From a virus (Duplodnaviria; Heunggongvirae; Uroviricota; Caudoviricetes), in the IMG/VR virus record IMGVR_UViG_2737471818_000008: 15,982 bases of DNA. One strand, given 5' to 3'. The translations under genes were made by a program, and so were the position numbers. The number at the start of each line of letters is the position of its first letter. Position 1 is the stretch's first letter. The notes beneath the pieces are model-generated. The model was given only the letters and a program-made list of their open reading frames with translations, did not search any database and was not told the DNA's origin. Below, piece after piece: positions 1-7,637 of the stretch.

Positions 1-1254
1 ATGCTGGAACAAATGGGCATTGCCGCGAAGCAAGCCTCGTATAAATTAGCGCAACTCTCCAGCCGCGAAAAAAATCGCGTGCTGGAAAAAATCGCCGATG
101 AACTGGAAGCACAAAGCGAAATCATCCTCAACGCTAACGCCCAGGATGTTGCTGACGCGCGTGCCAATGGCCTTGGCGAAGCGATGCTTGACCGTCTGGC
201 ACTGACGCCCGCACGGCTGAAAGGCATTGCCGATGATGTGCGCCAGGTGTGTAACCTCGCCGATCCGGTGGGGCAGGTAATCGATGGCAGCGTACTGGAC
301 AGCGGCCTGCGTCTTGAGCGTCGTCGCGTACCGCTGGGGGTTATTGGCGTGATTTATGAAGCGCGCCCGAACGTGACGGTTGATGTCGCTTCGCTGTGCC
401 TGAAAACCGGTAATGCGGTGATCCTGCGCGGTGGCAAAGAAACGTGTCGCACTAACGCTGCAACGGTGGCGGTGATTCAGGACGCCCTGAAATCCTGCGG
501 CTTACCGGCGGGTGCCGTGCAGGCGATTGATAATCCTGACCGTGCGCTGGTCAGTGAAATGCTGCGTATGGATAAATACATCGACATGCTGATCCCGCGT
601 GGTGGCGCTGGTTTGCATAAACTGTGCCGTGAACAGTCGACAATCCCGGTGATCACAGGTGGTATAGGCGTATGCCATATTTACGTTGATGAAAGTGTAG
701 AGATCGCTGAAGCATTAAAAGTGATCGTCAACGCGAAAACTCAGCGTCCGAGCACATGTAATACGGTTGAAACGTTGCTGGTGAATAAAAACATCGCCGA
801 TAGCTTCCTGCCCGCATTAAGCAAACAAATGGCGGAAAGCGGCGTGACATTACACGCAGATGCAGCTGCACTGGCGCAGTTGCAGACAGGCCCTGCGAAG
901 GTGGTTGCTGTTAAAGCCGAAGAGTATGACGATGAGTTTCTGTCATTAGATTTGAACGTCAAAATCGTCAGCGATCTTGACGATGCCATCGCCCATATTC
1001 GTGAACACGGCACACAACACTCCGATGCGATCTTGACCCGCGATATGCGCAACGCCCAGCGTTTTGTTAACGAAGTGGATTCGTCCGCTGTTTACGTTAA
1101 CGCCTCTACGCGTTTTACCGACGGCGGCCAGTTTGGTCTGGGTGCGGAAGTGGCGGTAAGCACACAAAAACTCCACGCGCGTGGCCCAATGGGGCTGGAA
1201 GCACTGACCACTTACAAGTGGATCGGCATTGGTGATTACACCATTCGTGCGTAA
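1..1254 (+). CDS. proA: gamma-glutamyl phosphate reductase (glutamate-5-semialdehyde dehydrogenase), proline biosynthesis
   Basis: Full-length 417-aa ORF; I recognise the sequence as enterobacterial ProA over its whole length (aldehyde dehydrogenase fold, same length as E. coli ProA). GC-rich core-genome composition. Identity is from memory, not a search. Confidence 0.95.
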   Translation: MLEQMGIAAKQASYKLAQLSSREKNRVLEKIADELEAQSEIILNANAQDVADARANGLGEAMLDRLALTPARLKGIADDVRQVCNLADPVGQVIDGSVLDSGLRLERRRVPLGVIGVIYEARPNVTVDVASLCLKTGNAVILRGGKETCRTNAATVAVIQDALKSCGLPAGAVQAIDNPDRALVSEMLRMDKYIDMLIPRGGAGLHKLCREQSTIPVITGGIGVCHIYVDESVEIAEALKVIVNAKTQRPSTCNTVETLLVNKNIADSFLPALSKQMAESGVTLHADAAALAQLQTGPAKVVAVKAEEYDDEFLSLDLNVKIVSDLDDAIAHIREHGTQHSDAILTRDMRNAQRFVNEVDSSAVYVNASTRFTDGGQFGLGAEVAVSTQKLHARGPMGLEALTTYKWIGIGDYTIRA

Positions 1255-1368
1255 ATAAAACCGGGTGATGCAAAAGTAGCCATTTGATTCACAAGGCCAT
1301 TGACGCATCGCCCGGTTAGTTTTAACCTTGTCCACCGTGATTCACGTTCGTGAACATGTCCTTTCAGG

Positions 1369-1444
1369 GCCGATATAGCTCAGTTGGTAGAGCAGCGCAT
1401 TCGTAATGCGAAGGTCGTAGGTTCGACTCCTATTATCGGCACCA
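1369..1444 (+). tRNA. thrW: tRNA-Thr (anticodon CGU), thrW-like; probable integration target of the downstream element
   Basis: 76-nt cloverleaf read directly: acceptor stem GCCGATA/TATCGGC, D-arm GCTC-AGTTGGTA-GAGC, anticodon stem GCGCA/TGCGA with loop TTCGTAA (anticodon CGT), T-arm GTAGG-TTCGACT-CCTAT, 3' ACCA. Lies directly downstream of proA as thrW does in E. coli. Confidence 0.9.
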
Positions 1445-1535
1445 TTCTAACGTCTCCCCAAGTCTACTCAAGTATTTAAAAACCTCTTATAATCCGCATG
1501 TTAGCGCCCCTTTTAGTCTTTTGACGTCTACTTAA

Positions 1536-1607
1536 GTACCCCAAAATCTACAGTCAATTGGGGGTACTTTTGGGGGTATTTGCTGTTCGGTTTAGTGGAG
1601 GTACCCC
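1536..1607. promoter_or_regulatory. Cluster of GGGGTAC/GTACCCC repeats just upstream of int (candidate int promoter/operator or integrase arm-type sites)
   Basis: Seen directly: GTACCCC (1536-1542), GGGGGTAC (1560-1567), GGGGGTA (1572-1578), GGTACCCCC (1599-1607), in both orientations within about 70 bp and ending 4 bp before the int start codon. Confidence 0.4.
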
Positions 1608-1610
1608 CAA

Positions 1611-2825
1611 GTGAAACTCAATGCCCGTCAAATAGACACTGCCAAGCCAAAAGAGAAGGCTTACAAGCTGGCTGATGGTGGTGGTCTGTATCTCCTGGTA
1701 AAACCTAGTGGAGGAAAATACTGGCGCTTTAAATATCGTGTAGCTGGTAAAGAGAAGCTGTTAGCACTAGGTGTGTATCCTGAAGTTACCTTGGCTGATG
1801 CTCGTGCAAAACGTGAAGAAGCTAAAAGGGGTATCGCTGGGGGTATCGATCCGATGGAAGCGAAACGAGAGGAAAAGATTGCCCGGGAAACGCAGTTAAA
1901 CAATACCTTCAAAGATATTGCCCTTGAGTGGCACAGCAGCAAATTAAAAAAATGGTCTGCTGGTTATGCTTCAGATATCCTCGAAGCCTTCAACAAAGAT
2001 GTGTTCCCTTACATTGGCAAAAAACCAATCGCCGAAATCAAACCACTTGAACTTCTGAATGTGCTGCGACGCATCGAGGGGCGCGGTGCTACAGAAAAAG
2101 CCAAAAAAGTGAGGCAGCGGTGCGGGGAAGTTTTCCGCTATGCAATAGTCACTGGTCGCGCAGAGTATAACCCTGCCCCAGATCTTACTAGCGCGATGCA
2201 AGGCCATGAATCTAATCATTATCCTTTCCTCACAGCCAAAGAATTGCCTGATTTTTTCAAGGCATTGTCCAGTTACTCAGGAAGTGCATTGGTTGTTATG
2301 GCGGCTCGTCTACTGATTATCACTGGTTTGCGAACTGGCGAACTGCGCGGTGCATTATGGGATGAAATCGATCTCAACAAGGCTATCTGGGAGATACCTG
2401 CTTCACGGATGAAAATGCGTCGCCCTCATGTGGTGCCTTTGTCTAAGCAGGCTCTTTCTCTTATTGGGCAGATTAAAGAATTAACTGGTAATTATCCGCT
2501 TATGTTTCCCGGCCGTAATGATCCAAGGAAAACAATGAGCGAGGCTAGCATAAACCAAGTATTTAAACGCATCGGCTATAACGGAAAGGTTACTGGTCAT
2601 GGATTCCGGCACACCATGAGCACGATTTTACATGAGCAGGGCTATAACACCGCGTGGATAGAAACGCAGCTTGCACACGTTGATAAGAACTCAATTCGTG
2701 GCACGTACAATCATGCGCAATATCTGGACGGGCGGCGCGAGATGCTCCAGTGGTACGCCGACTATATGGATTCGCTCGAACATGGCGGTAACGTGGTGCA
2801 TGGCAAGTTCGGAAAATGTGGATGA
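1611..2825 (+). CDS. int: Site-specific tyrosine recombinase, P4-type integrase
   Basis: 404-aa ORF with GTG start and GGAG 10 nt upstream. N-terminal arm-binding region typical of P4-family integrases (AKPKEKAYKLADGGGLYLLVKPSGGKYWRFKYR). Catalytic signatures present: RTGELR, HGFRHT (H-x-x-R) and a C-terminal Tyr (RGTYNHAQY). Adjacent to a tRNA gene. Confidence 0.92.
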   Translation: MKLNARQIDTAKPKEKAYKLADGGGLYLLVKPSGGKYWRFKYRVAGKEKLLALGVYPEVTLADARAKREEAKRGIAGGIDPMEAKREEKIARETQLNNTFKDIALEWHSSKLKKWSAGYASDILEAFNKDVFPYIGKKPIAEIKPLELLNVLRRIEGRGATEKAKKVRQRCGEVFRYAIVTGRAEYNPAPDLTSAMQGHESNHYPFLTAKELPDFFKALSSYSGSALVVMAARLLIITGLRTGELRGALWDEIDLNKAIWEIPASRMKMRRPHVVPLSKQALSLIGQIKELTGNYPLMFPGRNDPRKTMSEASINQVFKRIGYNGKVTGHGFRHTMSTILHEQGYNTAWIETQLAHVDKNSIRGTYNHAQYLDGRREMLQWYADYMDSLEHGGNVVHGKFGKCG

Positions 2826-2953
2826 CTGGTTGCGTATACAGTAGTAGACTTTGAGCGACGAAAGAAAAGGCTGTGTCTAGGGTCGCTCCCGAAAATCCGT
2901 ACACCTCGACGGACTGGTACAGCCACTACAGTAGAGGACGCTGAGGTGTGCGT

Positions 2954-3751
2954 ATGATTGATATTCATGCCGAATTAAACGAATACAAAAAAGATTTTAT
3001 TTCTTTACGTGAATTTCTTGAGGTCGTGCTTAAGGTCGCTGGTGATGATTATGATGTTTCAGATGTCATAACTTGGATACTCAGGAGAATAAGCGGAGAA
3101 CATATCCGCCTGTACACAGTAAATGAATTTAAGCTGTTGGAATCTTTTTGTAACCCGTATCGGGATGAATTTGATTATGATGTTCTTTATAGAAATCTGA
3201 ATGCGGTTCGGAAACGTGGTTGTTTACCTGGTGAGAGGGATGAAAATGGTTTTCTGGTGTCCGGTTATTGGGAAGATCCCGAATTTGAGAACATTGGATT
3301 TATAAGGGGTGAAATTTTCGCAATTTTTCCCGATGTCCTTGACGCGTTAACGAAGCTGGAAGGCGCTAACTCTTCTGAAAATGACGAGGCACAAGGACGC
3401 GATATTGAAAAGAAAGAGTTGCGTACAGAGGATGATTTATTATCCCAAATCGCAATGCTGGAAAAAGAAAACGCAGAGTTAAGGGCAAGGATAGAGCAGT
3501 TAGAGCAAGAGCGCCCGATACACTTATATAAATACTGGGATAAAGACCCATTAGCTAAGGCTATTGAGATTAGAAACAGAGAGTGGGCCAATTACGATCC
3601 AGAAAATGATTTTGCCACCAGGGGAAATCAAGAAGCGATAACCAGGGAGCTTAAGCAGTGGGGGGCAAGTAATGCACTTGCAACGCTCATAGAGAGGACT
3701 GCCTGCCCTATTAACCGAGACAACAGCCAAAAGAACGCAAAGCCGGATTAA
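2954..3751 (+). CDS. Hypothetical protein with a coiled-coil segment; AT-rich orphan cargo gene between int and alpA
   Basis: ORF with ATG at 2954 and GAGG 7 nt upstream (the ORF track begins at GTG 2948). Visibly more AT-rich than the flanking int and alpA. Heptad-like stretch LLSQIAMLEKENAELRARIEQLEQER. No catalytic motif recognised. Confidence 0.6.
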   Translation: MIDIHAELNEYKKDFISLREFLEVVLKVAGDDYDVSDVITWILRRISGEHIRLYTVNEFKLLESFCNPYRDEFDYDVLYRNLNAVRKRGCLPGERDENGFLVSGYWEDPEFENIGFIRGEIFAIFPDVLDALTKLEGANSSENDEAQGRDIEKKELRTEDDLLSQIAMLEKENAELRARIEQLEQERPIHLYKYWDKDPLAKAIEIRNREWANYDPENDFATRGNQEAITRELKQWGASNALATLIERTACPINRDNSQKNAKPD

Positions 3752-3765
3752 CGCACCATACCGCA

Positions 3766-3910
3766 TACCCTGAGGATGATTTACTGTTACCCTGAGGGTA
3801 TTTTTTTATCTTCCCCGTCAATTTTACCATCACCCTTAGGGTAGATTTCCTCCCGATTACCATCACCCTTAGGGTTAATTTCCTTCCGGTAACCATTAGG
3901 CCTGAGGGTA
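3766..3910. repeat. Array of palindromic TACCCT-N-AGGGTA motifs including two 27-bp direct repeats, upstream of alpA
   Basis: Seen directly: TACCCTGAGG (3766-3775), TACCCTGAGGGTA (3788-3800), ACCCTTAGGGTA (3832-3844), ACCCTTAGGGT (3865-3875), CCTGAGGGTA (3901-3910). The 27-bp units TTACCATCACCCTTAGGGTAGATTTCC (3824-3850) and TTACCATCACCCTTAGGGTTAATTTCC (3857-3883) differ at 2 positions. Confidence 0.6.
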
Positions 3911-3978
3911 TGAAAATATTCGTTATTTCTGTGCCATGATTACCTCGTCAAATTGAGTAGACGTTATGAGGTAAATAT

Positions 3979-4176
3979 ATGTCAAATACGCTTATTCGTT
4001 TAACAGAAGTTCAGCGTAGAACTGGATATAGCAAGGCATGGATTTATCGCCTTATGGGGCAAGGTAAATTTCCTGCATCAGTTAAAATTGGCTCGCGAGC
4101 TATTGCTTTCGTTGAGAGTGAAATTGACGAGTGGATTAATCAGCGTATTGCGGAATCACGCGGAACAGCTACCTGA
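3979..4176 (+). CDS. alpA: AlpA-family phage transcriptional regulator / excisionase-like DNA-binding protein
   Basis: 65-aa ORF with GAGG 7 nt upstream of the ATG. LIRLTEVQRRTGYSKAWIYRLMGQGKFPASVKIGSRAIAFVESEIDEWI is the characteristic AlpA/Vis-type winged-HTH sequence found after int in P4-like and PICI elements. Confidence 0.85.
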   Translation: MSNTLIRLTEVQRRTGYSKAWIYRLMGQGKFPASVKIGSRAIAFVESEIDEWINQRIAESRGTAT

Positions 4177-4253
4177 TTAAATGGCTACGGGGCTATTGCC
4201 CCCAGCTATCCACCAGCAAATAAAAGTAACTTAATTCGATAGCAGGAGTTTTT

Positions 4254-5054
4254 ATGAAATTTCCAAAAACGCCCGTACAGGGGCGGGGCTTCGTTCGGCC
4301 TGAAAACCAGAATCTGCAAAATTTCGGCGAAATTATCCCGATTATTTCCGGCGTTATTGGCGGGAGTGAAACCACTATTGTTAGCGCCAGAGCGTTACAT
4401 AAGGCGTTAGGTGTAGGGCGCGTTTTCCGTTCGTGGATCAAGGGGCGCATTGAAGAATACGGGTTCACGGAAGGCGTGGATTATGAGGTTGTTGAATATT
4501 TGAGCCGACCCGATCCGGTGAGCGCAAAATCTCGCCAGCAAACCGCTCTTGAGTACATCATCACAGTGAACATGGCGAAAGAACTGGCGATGGTAGAACG
4601 CACCGAACAGGGGCGCGCCGTTCGTCAGTACTTCATCAAATGCGAGGAAGAGCTACACAAGGTTGCGCCTGTACGTTCCGCAGCGTTACGCCGGGAACTG
4701 AAAGCCCGTATCACAGTTGCCAGCTACTTTAAGCCAATGTGTGCCGCGCTGGAGGCGTACCGGGCTGAACTGGGTAAAAACACTCTACAGCACCACTACA
4801 CCACGGAAGCCAATATGCTGGCGCGTATCGTGCTGGGTGGCATGACTGCAAAACAGTGGGCGCAGGCGAACGGCATCACAGGCGAACCACGCGACCACAT
4901 GAGCACGTTGCAGCTTGAGCACCTTTCTTACCTTGAGCAGAGCAATATCACGCTGATTGAGTTAGGCCAGGACTACCACCAGCGGAAAGCTGAATTAATT
5001 CGCCTTTCGCAGCGTTGGTTAGCCCGTCGCATGGAGGAAAACAGCCATGTGTAA
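4254..5054 (+). CDS. Phage antirepressor-like protein (AntA/ORF6N-type N-terminal domain)
   Basis: 266-aa ORF with CAGGAG upstream. The N-terminal stretch SARALHKALGVGRVFRSWIKGRIEEYGFTEGVDYEVV matches the pattern I associate with AntA/ORF6N antirepressor N-domains. The domain assignment is from memory and needs an HMM search. Confidence 0.6.
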   Translation: MKFPKTPVQGRGFVRPENQNLQNFGEIIPIISGVIGGSETTIVSARALHKALGVGRVFRSWIKGRIEEYGFTEGVDYEVVEYLSRPDPVSAKSRQQTALEYIITVNMAKELAMVERTEQGRAVRQYFIKCEEELHKVAPVRSAALRRELKARITVASYFKPMCAALEAYRAELGKNTLQHHYTTEANMLARIVLGGMTAKQWAQANGITGEPRDHMSTLQLEHLSYLEQSNITLIELGQDYHQRKAELIRLSQRWLARRMEENSHV

Positions 5055-6348
5055 CGCTCTGACCGTTACAAAAAGAGAAAGCGCCCCGTTGCCGGAGCGC
5101 CTTTGTGAACGAATAGCCTACTGCGCCATATTGCTTACTGTCTACGGGGCAGATTATAGCGTTGTGGTCGCACAGAGTGAAGGCGCTGATCACCGTTTCT
5201 ACAGCACGCCGGAAATGCAGAATATTTTGCTGCAAAATGCCGTTGGTCACGCCGTCCGGAAAGCAAAAAATTTTGCTGGTGGTGCGACCGATACGATTTT
5301 GTCAGGTCGCCAGGTGCTGATTAATCTGATGTCTGATTTCGTTCTGGATAAAACAAAGGCGACCGCAGAGGGCCGCCAGTGGGAAAGCTACATACTTGAA
5401 CGCATCGCCAACAATGCCAGATTTGCGGCTGGTGGACAATGTGTCAGCTTTGCACCAATGACTCTATGTTTAACTGAGGGTCATTATGGTGAATATGCTG
5501 GCTTGCTGGTGGGCTATTCCTGCTCTTTAACATTGCCATGCCGCGATGTTTTCCAGGTATGCGATCCCATTTTTGTGCGCCTGTACTCTTTAAGGAATTG
5601 CTCAAGGGCAAAAGCACATGGCGCGAATCTTTCTGATTCATGCTCTATCTTTCTGCGCCGTCTTTTCCGTGCCGGTGATGGTGTATTGGTTGATTCTTTG
5701 TTGGTCATGGCGCTGCCCTGTAAAACGATGCACCGTAGTTCCTCACACCACGGCGCTGGTGATGGTTACTCCTGTTCTTTGGCCTTGCGGCGCTGGCGGT
5801 ATTCAACTTCTCGCTTTAATGCTGCTGTTACAAACTGCCCTGTACTTTCACCAGGCATTTTTACCGCCTCAACATTGTTCATAACTTCATGCGGAACCCT
5901 TGCCGCAACTGTTTGTGATTTTGCGTTTACTGCTTTTGTCGCCATGTTGTGTACCCCTTACAAAAAACAAATGCAGTATGCAGGAAAAAAAATAAGTGTT
6001 CAACACTTGACGTGTTTAACACCTGGACTTAAATTGGTGTTCAACACCTTGTTGATGCAAGGTGCAGAAACGACAACGCCCCGCAGTGGTGGCACACATG
6101 CAGGACGTCTAACCACCAACGATAGCAAGAGTATCGAGGTAGCTATGAGAAATCATACCACACACCCGCAAGGGCGGGACTCGCACAACCTGAATAAATA
6201 CATCTGGCGTTTTATCGCCCTGAGCACGGCACAACCGCGCGTAATTCACATCGAGGCCACCAGCGAACAGGAAGCACGCCAGCAATCTCCTGATGGCTGC
6301 GTGATGGTATTCGCCGCCCGTATTCGCCAGGAGGTGGAACATGTGTAA
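5047..6348 (+). CDS. Hypothetical protein; only the 5' ~140 codons look coding. The 433-codon ORF is probably a chimeric read-through across an antisense gene, an intergenic operator region and a separate in-frame small gene
   Basis: Start ATG overlaps the stop of the upstream gene (ATGTGTAA). Codon usage over about 5047-5470 looks like normal coding sequence. Beyond that the translation becomes Cys/Ser/Thr-rich and crosses an operator/promoter cluster at 5996-6047. No in-frame stop exists before 6348. Confidence 0.25.
   Translation: MCNALTVTKRESAPLPERLCERIAYCAILLTVYGADYSVVVAQSEGADHRFYSTPEMQNILLQNAVGHAVRKAKNFAGGATDTILSGRQVLINLMSDFVLDKTKATAEGRQWESYILERIANNARFAAGGQCVSFAPMTLCLTEGHYGEYAGLLVGYSCSLTLPCRDVFQVCDPIFVRLYSLRNCSRAKAHGANLSDSCSIFLRRLFRAGDGVLVDSLLVMALPCKTMHRSSSHHGAGDGYSCSLALRRWRYSTSRFNAAVTNCPVLSPGIFTASTLFITSCGTLAATVCDFAFTAFVAMLCTPYKKQMQYAGKKISVQHLTCLTPGLKLVFNTLLMQGAETTTPRSGGTHAGRLTTNDSKSIEVAMRNHTTHPQGRDSHNLNKYIWRFIALSTAQPRVIHIEATSEQEARQQSPDGCVMVFAARIRQEVEHV
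5766..5945 (-). CDS. Small ribbon-helix-helix-like DNA-binding protein (59 aa), candidate repressor of the divergent promoter; not in the supplied ORF track because it is under 60 aa
   Basis: Hand-translated from the minus strand: MATKAVNAKSQTVAARVPHEVMNNVEAVKMPGESTGQFVTAALKREVEYRQRRKAKEQE. AAGGGG lies 8 nt upstream of the ATG. The pattern is strand (TVAARV), helix, loop, helix. Three palindromic operators lie immediately upstream. Confidence 0.4.
   Translation of the reverse strand: MATKAVNAKSQTVAARVPHEVMNNVEAVKMPGESTGQFVTAALKREVEYRQRRKAKEQE
5996..6047. promoter_or_regulatory. Divergent promoter/operator region: three GTGTT(C/T)AACAC palindromes overlapping a sigma70-like promoter
   Basis: Seen directly: GTGTTCAACAC (5996-6006), GTGTTTAACAC (6012-6022), GTGTTCAACAC (6037-6047). 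TTGACG (6007-6012), a 17-bp spacer, then TAAATT (6030-6035) forms a plus-strand promoter with operators flanking the -35 and overlapping the spacer and the region just downstream of the -10. Confidence 0.55.
6145..6348 (+). CDS. Small protein (67 aa), possibly Icd-like host cell-division inhibitor family; first gene of the rightward operon
   Basis: In-frame ATG at 6145 with GAGG 6 nt upstream, downstream of the operator/promoter cluster. MRNHTTHPQGRDSHNLNKYIWRFIALSTAQPRVIHIEATSEQEARQQSPDGCVMVFAARIRQEVEHV resembles my recollection of Icd-like small proteins in P4-like prophages. Unverified. Confidence 0.4.
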   Translation: MRNHTTHPQGRDSHNLNKYIWRFIALSTAQPRVIHIEATSEQEARQQSPDGCVMVFAARIRQEVEHV

Positions 6349-6565
6349 TGCAACATGGCCTGATGCAGCGGTAGACGCTATCAAAACGCTGATGGATTCA
6401 CTTATTGAGATTTCTGCTATCGCTGGTGTGGCGCATAAACACGCAGCCAGAGAATCAGAATGCATCTCCCATTATTTAGCATTTGTGCAGCTAAAAGCCG
6501 ATCAGGCACTGGATAAGGCCGGAAAAATTATCATGGCTGATGTGCAGGAGGTGCACCATGCATAA
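6341..6565 (+). CDS. Hypothetical small protein (74 aa)
   Basis: ORF with AGGAGG 9 nt upstream of the ATG. Start overlaps the preceding stop (ATGTGTAA); first of a chain of overlapping small genes. Confidence 0.55.
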   Translation: MCNATWPDAAVDAIKTLMDSLIEISAIAGVAHKHAARESECISHYLAFVQLKADQALDKAGKIIMADVQEVHHA

Positions 6566-6923
6566 CCTGTCAATTTCTGACCTTAACAGCATTCAGTTTG
6601 ACGAGAAATTTACCGGGCAGTTGCTGGTCAATGTGGAGAACGGGCGCATAGTGCGTAATTACCACCTGCCGGATGGTGCAATTGCCGGAAGCGTTGAAGC
6701 ATTGCTGGAACTGGCGGAACGTGCGCGACTGATTAAGCCGTCAACGAGCCATCACGATGATGATCTGCATTTTACCGGGCGTATGGTGAGTCACTACGAA
6801 AACGGCGTTGAAGTATCCCGCGAACGGCTGCGTGATGATTGCTGTTTCGGCACACTGCCGGAATTTATCGAGTTGCTGACCAGTTGCGGTTATCAGGTCA
6901 TTCAGGGGGGTAAACATGCGTGA
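6558..6923 (+). CDS. Hypothetical protein (121 aa)
   Basis: ATG at 6558 preceded by AGGAGG at about 8 nt (the ORF track's upstream ATG at 6540 has no RBS). Overlaps its neighbours in operon fashion. Confidence 0.6.
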   Translation: MHNLSISDLNSIQFDEKFTGQLLVNVENGRIVRNYHLPDGAIAGSVEALLELAERARLIKPSTSHHDDDLHFTGRMVSHYENGVEVSRERLRDDCCFGTLPEFIELLTSCGYQVIQGGKHA

Positions 6924-7149
6924 TGATCGTTTTAATTCCCTGAAACGGGAATTTGATGGCGCACCGGAAGATGCAGCGGGCGCATTGTTGAGCGTTGCTG
7001 ACATGATGAAAGCTGCATATTTTCTTATCAATACCAGTGGCTACAAGTCAGAGGGTGAAATGATTCTTAGTATTGCGTCGGACTATGCGGAATATGTGGC
7101 AGAGACGCGTTACAGAAGAAAATTCACGGAGGATGTAAGCCATGCATAA
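6916..7149 (+). CDS. Hypothetical small protein (77 aa)
   Basis: ORF whose start overlaps the upstream stop (ATGCGTGA); G-rich RBS upstream. Confidence 0.55.
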   Translation: MRDDRFNSLKREFDGAPEDAAGALLSVADMMKAAYFLINTSGYKSEGEMILSIASDYAEYVAETRYRRKFTEDVSHA

Positions 7150-7342
7150 TCATGAAGCGCATGTACCCGTAGTGCTTAATGTGCCAGATGATTTCACCGG
7201 ACGCGTATTGGTTTACCTGGATAAAGGGAAAGTGAAATCACAATGCCGACTGAAAAGTAATGAGATTGTTGGTTCTCCTGAATTTTTTTCTGAACTTTGT
7301 ATTCGTGCGGAAATAAAACCGGAACTGCTGACAGGAAAATAA
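7142..7342 (+). CDS. Hypothetical small protein (66 aa)
   Basis: ORF with GGAGG upstream; start overlaps the upstream stop (ATGCATAA). Confidence 0.55.
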   Translation: MHNHEAHVPVVLNVPDDFTGRVLVYLDKGKVKSQCRLKSNEIVGSPEFFSELCIRAEIKPELLTGK

Positions 7343-7346
7343 AACC

Positions 7347-7637
7347 ATGAAAAAGAAAAATTCTGGCTTTACTGCCAGCGGCCTCTCTCGGCCTGAAATC
7401 CGCCCCGGTGATATTTTCCGGGACACCAGACGCGGGGGACGGGTGGTTATTCGTCACGTTACGCCAGGCAATATCACCTACCGCCGTGAGGCTTACGAAT
7501 ATGACTGCGTAATGCCGCGCCGTCAGTTTGATCGTGATTTTATTCTGGTGGAAAACAAACAACAGGCAGTGGCGAGACGTGCAGCCACGAATATTAAAAA
7601 AATCCGGGCAATGTTGGTTGCGGGAGGTAAGAAGTGA
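7347..7637 (+). CDS. Hypothetical basic protein (96 aa)
   Basis: ORF immediately after the previous stop; its stop overlaps the primase GTG start (GTGA). Confidence 0.6.
   Translation: MKKKNSGFTASGLSRPEIRPGDIFRDTRRGGRVVIRHVTPGNITYRREAYEYDCVMPRRQFDRDFILVENKQQAVARRAATNIKKIRAMLVAGGKK

Noticed and set aside
741-1335. Minus-strand ORFs 741-1052 and 946-1335 inside or overlapping proA
   Set aside because: Antisense to a confidently identified, full-length proA; Ala/Ser/Cys-rich composition typical of reverse-frame artefacts.
1299-1354. Candidate thrW promoter (TTGACG-17bp-TAACCT) and palindrome TTCACG-TT-CGTGAA upstream of the tRNA
   Set aside because: Plausible but host housekeeping regulation, not decisive from sequence alone; not listed as a feature.
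1661-2219. Minus-strand ORFs 1661-1942 and 1971-2219 within the integrase gene
   Set aside because: Antisense to the integrase, which has clear catalytic motifs; no RBS or motif support.
2590-2968. Minus-strand ORFs 2590-2904 and 2762-2968
   Set aside because: Overlap the integrase 3' end and the int-orf intergenic region; no RBS; low-complexity translation.
3265-3896. Minus-strand ORFs 3265-3591, 3366-3551, 3551-3766 and 3711-3896
   Set aside because: Antisense to the 2954-3751 gene or lying across the palindromic repeat array; the repeat region reads open because of its repetitive composition.
6109-6465. Minus-strand ORF of 118 aa
   Set aside because: Antisense to the Icd-like and following small genes, which have RBSs and operon-style overlaps.
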